Shown piece by piece: positions 52,946 through 61,779 of a DNA stretch of 64,000 nt (positions are counted from its first letter, which is position 1; each line of letters opens with the position of its first letter). Source of the DNA: Candidatus Rokuibacteriota bacterium (GTDB lineage Bacteria; Methylomirabilota; Methylomirabilia; Rokubacteriales; CSP1-6); assembly GCA_016188005.1 (NCBI GenBank), contig JACPIQ010000025.1, positions 1-64,000 on the forward strand, in the 5' to 3' direction. The position numbers and the translations under genes were made by a program. The notes beneath the pieces are model-generated. The model saw nothing but the letters and a program-made list of their open reading frames with translations. It was not told the DNA's origin and ran no database searches.

Positions 52946-53953
52946 ATGAAGGTGGCGACCTGGCGGGGCGGCGACCGCTTCACGATCGACGGGGTGCCCG
53001 ATCCCGCGCCGGGGGCGAGGCAGGTGGTCGTCGATGTCGAGGCCGCCGGCATCTGCGGCACCGACGTCCATACCGTCCAGGGCCTCTTCGCTCGCCCGGC
53101 GCCCTTCGTCCTCGGCCACGAGTACAGCGGCGTGGTACGAGAGACGGGCCGGGGCGTGAACCCCCGCCTCGTCGGGCGCCGGGTGGCCTGCGAGCCCTCG
53201 TACGGGTGCGGCCGGTGCGATCCGTGCCGCCTCGGGCGCATCAGCCAGTGCGCACAGTGCGTCCGTGTCGGCGGCTTCGCCGAGCGCGCCCTGCTGCCCG
53301 CCGGCTGCGTCCACCCGCTGCCCCGAGGGCTCGACCCCGTCACTGCCGCAATGGCCGAGCCGGCCGCCTGCTGTCTGGCCGGCCTCGAGGCGTTCCGCAT
53401 GCCGCCCGAGGCCACCGTGCTCGTCATCGGAGGAGGCCTCATGGGGCTCCTCACCATGGTGCTGGCCCGACGGCGCGGGGCGCGGCGCCTCGTCCTCTCC
53501 GACCCCGTCGAGGAGCGCCGCCGGGTGGCCCGGCGGCTCGGGGCTCACGCCGTCGTGGACCCCGCGAGGGAGGACCTGCGCGACCGGCTGATGGCACTGA
53601 CGCGCGGGCGCGGCGCGGACGTCGTCTGCGAGGCCGTCGGCAGGCCGGAGCTCGTGGCCCAATCGGTGGCCCTGACCAGATTCGCCGGCATCGTGAACCT
53701 GGTGGGCGTGAGCCCCCGGGAAAGTCGCCTCCCGCTGGATCTCTTCGACGCCCAGTACCGTGAGATCAGGATCGGCGGCGTGTTCGGCCGCGGCACCGCC
53801 TTCCGTCGCGCCCTCGCGCTCTTGCCGTCACTGGGCGTCGAGCGGCTCGTGACCGCGCGCTTCCCGCTCGACTGCATCGCCGAGGCCTTCGCCCACGCCG
53901 CGGCCGGGAAGGGCATCAAGACCGTCATCACGCCAGCCGGCTCACGCCCCTGA
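52946..53953 (+). CDS. Zinc-dependent medium-chain dehydrogenase/reductase (threonine/sorbitol-dehydrogenase-like).
   Basis: Catalytic Zn motif GICGTDVHTVQG...GHEYSG, structural Zn cysteines (CGRCDPCRLG) and a Rossmann LVIGGGLMG. Confidence 0.85.
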   Translation: MKVATWRGGDRFTIDGVPDPAPGARQVVVDVEAAGICGTDVHTVQGLFARPAPFVLGHEYSGVVRETGRGVNPRLVGRRVACEPSYGCGRCDPCRLGRISQCAQCVRVGGFAERALLPAGCVHPLPRGLDPVTAAMAEPAACCLAGLEAFRMPPEATVLVIGGGLMGLLTMVLARRRGARRLVLSDPVEERRRVARRLGAHAVVDPAREDLRDRLMALTRGRGADVVCEAVGRPELVAQSVALTRFAGIVNLVGVSPRESRLPLDLFDAQYREIRIGGVFGRGTAFRRALALLPSLGVERLVTARFPLDCIAEAFAHAAAGKGIKTVITPAGSRP

Positions 53954-54958
53954 CCGCCGAAGTACCGGCCGGGCGCAGGCCGCCTCGACGATCGCCACGT
54001 TGGCCGCGGCCTCGTCGCCCGTCGCGCCCACCCCCCGCTGCCCGCGCACCGCGCGCACGAAGTCCGCGACCAGGGCCGCGTACGGCGCCAGCGCTGCCGG
54101 TGCCGCGAAAGTCCCTCCCCCGGCGGCGGAGGTCTGGAGCGTGGCCGCCCCGGTGAACGTGTCATCGGCGCGAATCCAGCCGGCGCTGCCGTAGATCTCG
54201 ACGCGGCTTCCGGGGCTGGCGCTGGCCGCGCTGGTCTCGACGATGCCGATGCCCTGGCCCCCCAGGGCGAGGAGCAGCGCGGCCGTGTCCTCGGTCTCCA
54301 CCGCGAAGCGCTGCGCGGCGAGCGCGGCGCCGACCAGGCTGGCCTCGGGCCCGCCCAGCCACAGCATGAGATCGATCAGATGAGAGCCGAGATCGTTGAT
54401 GACCCAGCCCCCGCTCTCCACCGCCGACCGCCGCCACGACGGCGGGCCGGAGGCGTCCTGGTCGCCATAGTAGGGATAGCGCCAGAAGCGGTGGATGCGA
54501 AAGAGGCCGATGTCGCCGACGGCGCCCGCCCCCAGCAGGTCCCGCAGCCGGAGATGCGCGGGACGGAAGCGATGCTGGTACCCCACCCTCAGCGTCACGC
54601 GGGCCTCGTGCGCGGCGCCGATGGCGACCGCGGCGTCCCGGTCGGTCGTGGCCAGCGGCTTCTCGGCGAGGATGTGCTTGCCGGCCGCCGCGCAGCGGGC
54701 GATGTGGGTGGCGTGCAGGAAGTTGGGCGAGCAGATCCAGACGGCGTCGACCTCCGGGTCGCCGAGCATGTCATCCAGGGAGCCGTACACGCGGGGCAGC
54801 TCGTGGCGGGCCGCGAACTCGGCGCTGCGCTCCGGACGGCTCCCCACCGCACCGAGCACGACCGTGTCCGGGCTCTGCCGGAGAGCCGGCGCCGCGACGC
54901 GGCTGGCGTGGCCGGACGTTCCGACGAGCCCGAAGCGCAACTCTTTCTCTCCCCTCAT
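53942..54958 (-). CDS. Gfo/Idh/MocA-family NAD(P)-dependent oxidoreductase.
   Basis: An N-terminal Rossmann fold (LRFGLVGTSGHASRV...AVWICSPNFLHATH...AEKPLATT). It is 338 aa from the ATG at 54958. It overlaps the ADH gene 3' end by 12 nt (convergent). Confidence 0.8.
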   Translation of the reverse strand: MRGEKELRFGLVGTSGHASRVAAPALRQSPDTVVLGAVGSRPERSAEFAARHELPRVYGSLDDMLGDPEVDAVWICSPNFLHATHIARCAAAGKHILAEKPLATTDRDAAVAIGAAHEARVTLRVGYQHRFRPAHLRLRDLLGAGAVGDIGLFRIHRFWRYPYYGDQDASGPPSWRRSAVESGGWVINDLGSHLIDLMLWLGGPEASLVGAALAAQRFAVETEDTAALLLALGGQGIGIVETSAASASPGSRVEIYGSAGWIRADDTFTGAATLQTSAAGGGTFAAPAALAPYAALVADFVRAVRGQRGVGATGDEAAANVAIVEAACARPVLRRSGA

Positions 54959-55195
54959 GCCCACCTCGAGCCAGCCACCGTCGAATCGGGCGCAGGCCGG
55001 ATATCCTCGGCGACTGCCCGCGTGATGCGCGGCATCCCGCCTGCCGCGGGGCCGATCACACCGCACTTGCCGGGCGCCATACTGCGCGGGCGGCCGGGGG
55101 CTGTCAAGAGAGGTGGACGGAAGAGGTCGCCGCGGTCTTCGGGGGCAACGTCCGCCGCGTGTTCCAGGCAAGCGTGGGCTGAGGCTGCGGGGCGC

Positions 55196-55831
55196 TCAGT
55201 ACAGCCCGGTGCGGTAGCCGTCCTGGAGGCGCCGATCGAGGGCTTCGACCGTCGTGTCCGCAGGCTGCGCGTGATCCATGAACACCTGGGCGGCCGAGGG
55301 CAGGTCGGAGCGATCCGGCCAGCGCCCGGGCTCCCAGAGGCCGGAGCGCTTGAAGGCCTTGGCGCAGTGGAGGAAGCACTCCTCGACCTCGACGACGACG
55401 GCGAGCCGCGGCGGCTTGCCCTGCACCGAGAGGCGCTCCAGGAGCTCGGCGTCGCGCACGATCGCGGCGCGGCCGTTCACGCGCAGCGTCTCCTCCATCC
55501 CGGGCACGAGGAAGATGAGCCCCACGCGCGGGTTCTGGACGAGGTTGCGCATGCCGTCGAGCCGCTTGTTCCCCGGCCGGTCGGGGATCGCCAGGTGCGT
55601 GTCGTCCAGAACGAGGACGAAGCCCGGCGCATCGCCTTTGGGCGACACGTCGCAGCGCCCCTGGGCATCCGCCGTGGCCATCAGCAGGAACGGCGAGTGC
55701 GCGATCAAGGCGCGGCAGTGGGTGTCCAGCCGCCCGATCTGCTTCCGGAGCGCCATCTCGCTCGGCGCCCCGATCAGCGCGCGCAGCTCGCCCTCTGACG
55801 TCACCACATGCCGGAACGTGCCGTTCGTCAC
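55196..55831 (-). CDS. Pyridoxamine-5'-phosphate-oxidase-like FMN-binding flavoprotein (MSMEG_1061-type).
   Basis: 211 aa. It has a split-barrel FMN-binding pattern (...LLMATADAQGRCDVSPKGDAPGFVLVLDDTHLAIPDRPGNKRLDGMRNLVQNPRVGLIFLVPG...). Confidence 0.7.
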   Translation of the reverse strand: MTNGTFRHVVTSEGELRALIGAPSEMALRKQIGRLDTHCRALIAHSPFLLMATADAQGRCDVSPKGDAPGFVLVLDDTHLAIPDRPGNKRLDGMRNLVQNPRVGLIFLVPGMEETLRVNGRAAIVRDAELLERLSVQGKPPRLAVVVEVEECFLHCAKAFKRSGLWEPGRWPDRSDLPSAAQVFMDHAQPADTTVEALDRRLQDGYRTGLY

Positions 55832-56130
55832 GGTGTCATCCCTCCCGCGTCAGGCCCCTCGGCGAACGCGCCACCGGGGCGCTGCCACTGGCTCCCCTCC
55901 CAGCTGCCATGCTCCTTCCCGCTCGGGTCTTGCGCCTGCATCTTACCTCGTGCAGCGGGAGGTCGATCAGCCCTTCACGGCCGATGGCCATGCCCACGTG
56001 GGGATTCGGGCCGGACGGGGAGGCGACTCGTCAGTGAGCGGCGACTGCGTGGTCGAGGATGAGGGGCACCGGGAGCCGGCAGGACGAGGAGCGGGGCGCC
56101 CGGCGGGTCCGAGCGTCCGCCCTGGACAGC

Positions 56131-56550
56131 TCAGCGCAGGTATACGGCCTTGAGCAGCTTGCTCGTGCCGTCGAAGCGGAGCACGGAGACCCGATCCAGG
56201 GTCACCGTCCCGGTCGCGCTGCGCTCGAGGTCGGTTTCCGCGCGCGTGAGACGCTTGACATTGGCCTCGTCTGCCGCGGCCCGGACCTGGTAGACCCAGA
56301 ACTGGTCGCCCCCCACAGAGAATGTCCGCAGCGGCAGGCCAACGACTCGCGTGATGCCGAAGGCCGTGTCGAGGCCCACGGTGACCGGCGGGTTGTCGGC
56401 CTCGGCGACGCGTGCCCCCGGCAGCATGAGACCGCCTGAGAGCCCGAAGCCGGCCGGGGCCAGAATGAAGAAGGCCGCCAGGGCCAGCGGGCTCAAGAAG
56501 ACGACCCCGCGCAGCCAGGTCACGAGGCTGAACGCTCCATCCCGTGTCAT
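56131..56550 (-). CDS. Hypothetical membrane-anchored protein.
   Basis: The internal ATG of track ORF 56131..56730 gives MTRDGAFSLVTWLRGVVFLSPLALAAFFILAPAGFG (TM) followed by a ~100-aa soluble domain. I recognise no family. Confidence 0.4.
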   Translation of the reverse strand: MTRDGAFSLVTWLRGVVFLSPLALAAFFILAPAGFGLSGGLMLPGARVAEADNPPVTVGLDTAFGITRVVGLPLRTFSVGGDQFWVYQVRAAADEANVKRLTRAETDLERSATGTVTLDRVSVLRFDGTSKLLKAVYLR

Positions 56551-56848
56551 GTGCCTGCCCCCCTTCCCGCACAGGTGAGGAGCAAGCCTCGTGCCGGCCT
56601 TGAGACGCTGGCCCGTAGAGACATAAGGGGGGGTTAGCCGCCGCCCCTGCGGACAACTCTGGCGCCGACGCCAGGGGTCTGGCGCTGACGCAAGGGGGCG
56701 GCTGCCAGCCAAGATGCCGTATCGCCGCATCCCGGGGCGGGGGTGCCCGGGGGCATCGGGCCTTCGCCCCGGAGGTCGTGCGCACCGGCCGGTTCAGATC
56801 CACCGCCAGCACGCCGAGAAAGCGCCGGGCGGGGCTCGGGCCGCTCCG

Positions 56849-58345
56849 CTACTTGAGCGTGGCCGGGTGGAAAAGAAGCCACTGGTCGGCGCGGGGCGTC
56901 CAGGCGAGCCGGTCGCGCGTGGCGTAGATGTCCACCTGCTGCATGAGGAACACCCACGTGGCATCCTCGACCATCGCCCTGGCCAGGTCGCCGTAGATCT
57001 TCTTCCGCCGGGCGGCGTCGGTGGTGCTGCGCCCGAGGTCGAAGAGCTCGTCCACGCGCTCGTTCTTGTAGTAGAGCCCGCGCCCCTTGGAGGAGACCAG
57101 GTTGTAGAGCTCGTCGCCGTCCTGCATCGGGCCGCCGAGCCCCAGGAGATAGGCGTCCTGCATCTGCTTGCCGAGGTAGCGCTTGAAGTAGGCGCCCCAC
57201 TCGGCCACCTGCACCCTGGGCTTGAAGCCGGCCTTCTGCCACTGCCCGCCCAGCGCCTCGGCGATCTCCTTGTCCCCCTGGTAGCGCCCCGCCGGCGACT
57301 CGAGGGTGATCTCGAGCCCGTCGGGGTAGCCCGCCTCGGCCAGCAATCGTTTCGCCTTCGCCGGGTCGTGGGCATAGCCCTTCACGGAGGCGTCGTAGCC
57401 GAACATGTTGGGCGTGAAGGGCCCCTGCTGGCGGCGCCCGTTGCCGTCCATCACGCTCTTGATGATGGCCTCCACGTCGGTGGCGTGGTTGAGCGCCTGC
57501 CTCACGCGGACGTCGGACAGAGGCTTCTTGAAGGCGTTGAGACCGAGATAGATGATCCACGTGCTGGGCACCCGGTGGACCTTGATACCCGCCACCCTGT
57601 CCAGCTCGCGCCCAAGGTTGGGCGGCACCGTGGTGATGAGGTCCACCTCGCCGTTGCGGAGCGCCGCCGCCCGCGTGAAGGGCTCCGGGATCGGCTTGTA
57701 GACGATGCGGCGGATCTTCGGCGCCCCGCGCCAGTGCCGGTCGAAAGCCTCCACGACCATGTGGTCGTCCTTGACGAGCTCGACGAACCGGAACGGGCCG
57801 GTGCCCACCGGGCGCAGCGCGAGCCCCGGGTTGCCCTTCTCGGCGGTGTACTTCGGCGGGACGATGGCGAAGTCGATGAGCCGGTTGATGAGCGGGGCGT
57901 AGGGATTCCTCGTGACCAGGTTCACCGTGTAGTCGTCGAGGACGTCGATCCGGACGACCTCGGAGACGGTGGCGCGGTTCGGCGACTTCTGCTCGGGGGC
58001 GAGCACCCGCTGGAAGGTGAACCGCACGGCCTCGGCGTTGAACGGCTCGCCGTTGTGGAAGACCACGCCTCGGCGCAGCTTGAACTGCCAGGTGCGATCG
58101 TCCAGGAGGCGCCAGGACTCGGCCAGCTCCGGCACGATGCGGTTGTCGGCGTCCCGCCCCACCAGCGAGTCGAACAGGCTCACACCCACCTGGGCCCGGA
58201 TCGAGGACAGGTTCATGGTGGGGTCCAGGTTCTCTGGCGTCCACGGGATGGCGACGCGCAGCTCACCCTGGGCGGCGGCTGGATTCACGGGCAGGAAGGC
58301 GGAGAGCAGCAGAGCGGCGAGGCCGACGAGAAAACGGATCTTCAT
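56849..58345 (-). CDS. ABC transporter substrate-binding protein, family 5 (peptide/nickel).
   Basis: From the ATG at 58345: MKIRFLVGLAALLLSAFLPVNPAAAQGELRVA... (signal peptide). It has SBP_bac_5 blocks (AESWRLLDDRTWQFKLRRGVVFHNGEPFNAEAVRFTFQR). Confidence 0.85.
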   Translation of the reverse strand: MKIRFLVGLAALLLSAFLPVNPAAAQGELRVAIPWTPENLDPTMNLSSIRAQVGVSLFDSLVGRDADNRIVPELAESWRLLDDRTWQFKLRRGVVFHNGEPFNAEAVRFTFQRVLAPEQKSPNRATVSEVVRIDVLDDYTVNLVTRNPYAPLINRLIDFAIVPPKYTAEKGNPGLALRPVGTGPFRFVELVKDDHMVVEAFDRHWRGAPKIRRIVYKPIPEPFTRAAALRNGEVDLITTVPPNLGRELDRVAGIKVHRVPSTWIIYLGLNAFKKPLSDVRVRQALNHATDVEAIIKSVMDGNGRRQQGPFTPNMFGYDASVKGYAHDPAKAKRLLAEAGYPDGLEITLESPAGRYQGDKEIAEALGGQWQKAGFKPRVQVAEWGAYFKRYLGKQMQDAYLLGLGGPMQDGDELYNLVSSKGRGLYYKNERVDELFDLGRSTTDAARRKKIYGDLARAMVEDATWVFLMQQVDIYATRDRLAWTPRADQWLLFHPATLK

Positions 58346-59325
58346 GACGGGCTCCTCACGGTTCTGACGACGGCGTCGAGATGCGCCTCCGGGGTGTCCA
58401 GCGGCAAGACGCATCCCGGCGCGACGATGAGGCCCAGGCCCCCGGTCTGGCGGACGGCATCCCGGACCTCGGCGGCGATGGCCGCCGCCGGCCCCTGCCT
58501 GAGCGTGGTCCACTCGGCCAGCCCGCCGACCGCCGCGCCCTTGAAACGCCGCTGCGCCTCGGCGAGGGAGGGCGCGGTCAGCCGGTCGTGCCAGTTGATG
58601 GCATGCGCGGGGAGGGCGGCGACCTCGTCGAAGAGGATGTCCTGGCCGTGGACGTGGAGCAGCGTGAAGGGCGACGCCCCCTCGATGGCCTCGAGGACGC
58701 GGCGCGTGTACGGGGCCGAGAAGCGCCGGTACTGCTCGACGGTGAGGACCTCGCGGCTCGCGGTCTGGCTGGCGAAGAAGATCCCGTCGGCTCCTGCCTC
58801 GAGCGCGGTGAGCGTGTAGCGGATCACCGTCTCGGTGATGGCATCCAGCGCGCGAAAGACTGCGTCAGGATCGGCGAGCAGATCCTCGGTGAGCCTGTCG
58901 CCCGCGAGCTTCCGCGCGATCGTGAGCGGCGAGAAGATGGTGTGTAGCACCGGGGTATCGTCCCCGCGGCCTCGCGCGATGAGTCGGAGCGCCTCCAGCT
59001 CGCGCCCCAGCGCTCCCGCGCCGGGGTCCAGGGGCTTGATCCGCGCCCAGTCGTCAAGCGAGCGGACGGCGTGCTCGGTACACTGCTTGGCGCCGCCGGG
59101 GGAGCCGGTGTAGGCGACCCGACATCCCCAGTCTTCCACGCAGTACACGCCGCTCGACATGATCTTGATGAGGTCGAGATCCCAGCGCCGGTGAAAGGCC
59201 AGCATGGCCTCGGCGAGGCCGGCCGCCGTGTGGTCCACGTCGGGCGCATGCCGCCAGAAGGCCACGGGCGGGTGATCCACGGGCTTCCGGGAGAGTGCCG
59301 CCTCGACCCGCTGGCGCTTGGTCAT
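58342..59325 (-). CDS. Uroporphyrinogen-decarboxylase (URO-D) family protein (MtaA/CmuA-like methyltransferase or decarboxylase homologue).
   Basis: 327 aa (MTKRQRVEAALSRKPVDHPPVAFW...) with URO-D-fold organisation. Its stop overlaps the SBP start (ATGA). Confidence 0.6.
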   Translation of the reverse strand: MTKRQRVEAALSRKPVDHPPVAFWRHAPDVDHTAAGLAEAMLAFHRRWDLDLIKIMSSGVYCVEDWGCRVAYTGSPGGAKQCTEHAVRSLDDWARIKPLDPGAGALGRELEALRLIARGRGDDTPVLHTIFSPLTIARKLAGDRLTEDLLADPDAVFRALDAITETVIRYTLTALEAGADGIFFASQTASREVLTVEQYRRFSAPYTRRVLEAIEGASPFTLLHVHGQDILFDEVAALPAHAINWHDRLTAPSLAEAQRRFKGAAVGGLAEWTTLRQGPAAAIAAEVRDAVRQTGGLGLIVAPGCVLPLDTPEAHLDAVVRTVRSPS

Positions 59326-59399
59326 CGCGGTCACGCCGCCGAGTGTACCACCAGGGCGCCGCGCTCTCGGAGCCCGGCGCCGACGGCCCCGGCCACAGG

Positions 59400-61736
59400 T
59401 CACAGGACCCGGTAGAGGCGGACGGGGGCGTCCACGTTCTTGAGCGCCCGCGCCCCCAGGTCCTCCACCGGCACCTCCTGGCCCAGCCGCGCCCGCGTCG
59501 TCTCGCTGATGACGATCTCGCCGCCCTGCGCCACGGCCGCCAGGCGCGCGGCGAGATTGGTCGTGAGGCCGGAGGCGGTGTAGGTCCACCGCGTCCCGGC
59601 CCGCCCCTCGATCTTCGTGGCGCCGAGCAGCGCCGGGCCCGTGTTGATCCCGATGTGCATCGCCAGCGGCCCCGCCTGCCCCTCGAGCGCGGCGCCGAGC
59701 TCGCGCGCCCGGCGGTGGATCCCCCGGGCGGCGGCCACCGCGGCCCGGCCGTGGTCGCCCTCGTGGAAGATCACCATCAGGCCGTCGCCCGCCGTCTCGT
59801 TCACGTCCCCGCCGTGTCTCACGATCTCGTCGAGGAAGGCGCCGAAGTAGCGCTCCACGAGTGCGTCCAGCGCCTCGGGAGCCAGCGTGGAGGACAGCCG
59901 CGTGTAGCCGGTGATGTCGGCGAAGAGCACCGTGACGTCGGCCTCCCGCTTCTCGAGGGACGGCGCCTCGGGCGACTCCTCGATCAGCTCGCGCACCCGC
60001 TGCGGGACGAACTTCGCCAGGTTGGTGCGGATCAGCAGGCTCCGCTCGAGCTCGCGCGCGTAGTCGAGCACGCGGCGGTGGGCCTCCGCGTTGGCCACGG
60101 CCACCGCCGCCTGATCGGCGACGGCCTCGAGCAGCGCCAGGTCCTCGGCGGTGTAGGGCGCCTCCGAGCGCTTGGGCCCGAGGAGCAGCAGGCCGCGCAC
60201 CTCGTCCTGGAAGCGGAGGGGCACCACCACCTCGGCCCCGAGGGCGGCGTAGGCGGTGGCCGCGCCCGCGCCCGCGCCGGCCACGCGCGGGTCGGCCGCC
60301 ACCTGGTAGCGCGACAGCGCGCCCGGCACGGCCTCGAACACGGGGGCGAGCGCGGGCTCGATCGGCCCCACGAGAAGCCGCGCGGCGCGCGCGTGCATGG
60401 AGGTCTCGAGGGTCGTCGTCAGCCGGCGGGTGATCTCCTCCAGGTCCAGGAGGCTGCGCATGGAGCGCGCGAGCCCCTGGAGCGTCCGCACGTAGTCCAG
60501 CCGCTCGCGGAAGAAGGTTCGGTCCACGGCGCGCCTCACACGCTCCCGCAGCGGATTGAACAGGAGCACGACGACGAACATGAAGCCGGCCGAGAACCAC
60601 GGCGAGCGCACGAGATCGGACTGGGCGAGCAGCGCGTTCGCCCCGGCGAGCAGGAGCGCGTACGCGCCCGTGATGAGGCCGGCCAGCGCCGTGTAGACCA
60701 CCGATCGGCGGATCACGACCGTGGCGTCGAAGAGACGGTAGCGCACGGTGGCATAGGCGATGGCCGCGGGGTAGAGGAGGACCAGGGCCGAGCCGAGCTG
60801 CGGGTCCACCGGCCCCGCGTAGAGGTGGGTCAGCGGCCCGAGCATCAGCGTGTTCCAGAGGCCGAGCCCCAGCCCGATGCCCAGCAGCAGCACGGTGGTC
60901 TGCTGGTTGACGAGCGGAGAGGCTGCCCGGCGCCGCGTGTCGAGGAGGGCGGCGATCTTGATGGGGAACGAGATGACGGCGAGGCTCACCTGGAAGCCGA
61001 GCGAGACCCGGTAGAGCGTGCCCTCGGCGAGCCACTCCGGCGCCGCCAGGTACGCGACGCCGAAGACGGAGGTCGAGAGGATGCCCAGGGCGATGGCGGC
61101 GGCGTAGAGGCGTGGCGCCACACGGTGGCGGGCGAGCCAGGCCTCGCGCGGCGGGTTCGCGGGATAGGTGAGAAAGAAGACCCAGCCGTGGACCGGCAGC
61201 AGGACGCCGACCAGGCCCACGAGCGAGGCCCCCCACTTGGCGGGGCCGAGGACGGCCTCCGGCACGGCCGTGTTGGACACGGCCCAGAGGCACATGTACA
61301 CGAGGAAGTACCGGTTGGGCCGGGCCGCGGGGTTCTGCCAGAAGACGAACACGCCGGTCGCGAGCATGACGGCGGAGACGAGGAAGTAGACGGCGAAGCG
61401 GTCCACGACGCGCTCCCAGGCGAGCGGGCGCGGGCCGATCTCGACAGTGAGCCGGCGGCCCGCTCGCTCGACGTCATATCGGATGGGGCGCGAGGGGTCG
61501 CGCACGCGCGCCATCAGCGTCACCGGCGAGCGGCCGTCCACGGCCACGAGGCGGTCGCCGAAGGCCAGGCCGGCCGCGCGCGCTGCCGGCTCGACGGGAA
61601 AGACGCGATAGTCCACCGCGAAGAAGAAGCCGGGGTACGGGCGGCCGACCTCCGCCGCCAGCCCGAGGCCCAGCGCGAGAAGGGCCGCGGCGCTCGCGGC
61701 CACGAGGACGGTGAAGCGCAGGTCTTGCCGCATCAT
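59400..61736 (-). CDS. Membrane-bound class III adenylate/guanylate cyclase with N-terminal periplasmic region, multi-TM module and GAF-like domain.
   Basis: The C-terminal CHD (ADVTVLFADITGYTRLSS...GDGLMVIFHEGDH...GINTGPALLG...NLAARL), ~7 predicted TM helices in the middle, and a GAF-like block (VVVPLRFQDEVRGLLLLGPKRSEAPYTAEDLALLEAVADQAAVAV). The start is the ATG at 61736 (MMRQDLRFTVLVAASAAALLALG). Confidence 0.8.
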   Translation of the reverse strand: MMRQDLRFTVLVAASAAALLALGLGLAAEVGRPYPGFFFAVDYRVFPVEPAARAAGLAFGDRLVAVDGRSPVTLMARVRDPSRPIRYDVERAGRRLTVEIGPRPLAWERVVDRFAVYFLVSAVMLATGVFVFWQNPAARPNRYFLVYMCLWAVSNTAVPEAVLGPAKWGASLVGLVGVLLPVHGWVFFLTYPANPPREAWLARHRVAPRLYAAAIALGILSTSVFGVAYLAAPEWLAEGTLYRVSLGFQVSLAVISFPIKIAALLDTRRRAASPLVNQQTTVLLLGIGLGLGLWNTLMLGPLTHLYAGPVDPQLGSALVLLYPAAIAYATVRYRLFDATVVIRRSVVYTALAGLITGAYALLLAGANALLAQSDLVRSPWFSAGFMFVVVLLFNPLRERVRRAVDRTFFRERLDYVRTLQGLARSMRSLLDLEEITRRLTTTLETSMHARAARLLVGPIEPALAPVFEAVPGALSRYQVAADPRVAGAGAGAATAYAALGAEVVVPLRFQDEVRGLLLLGPKRSEAPYTAEDLALLEAVADQAAVAVANAEAHRRVLDYARELERSLLIRTNLAKFVPQRVRELIEESPEAPSLEKREADVTVLFADITGYTRLSSTLAPEALDALVERYFGAFLDEIVRHGGDVNETAGDGLMVIFHEGDHGRAAVAAARGIHRRARELGAALEGQAGPLAMHIGINTGPALLGATKIEGRAGTRWTYTASGLTTNLAARLAAVAQGGEIVISETTRARLGQEVPVEDLGARALKNVDAPVRLYRVL

Positions 61737-61779
61737 CGAGCTCAGGGGATCATACCCCGCTGCGCTATACTCCTCCACC

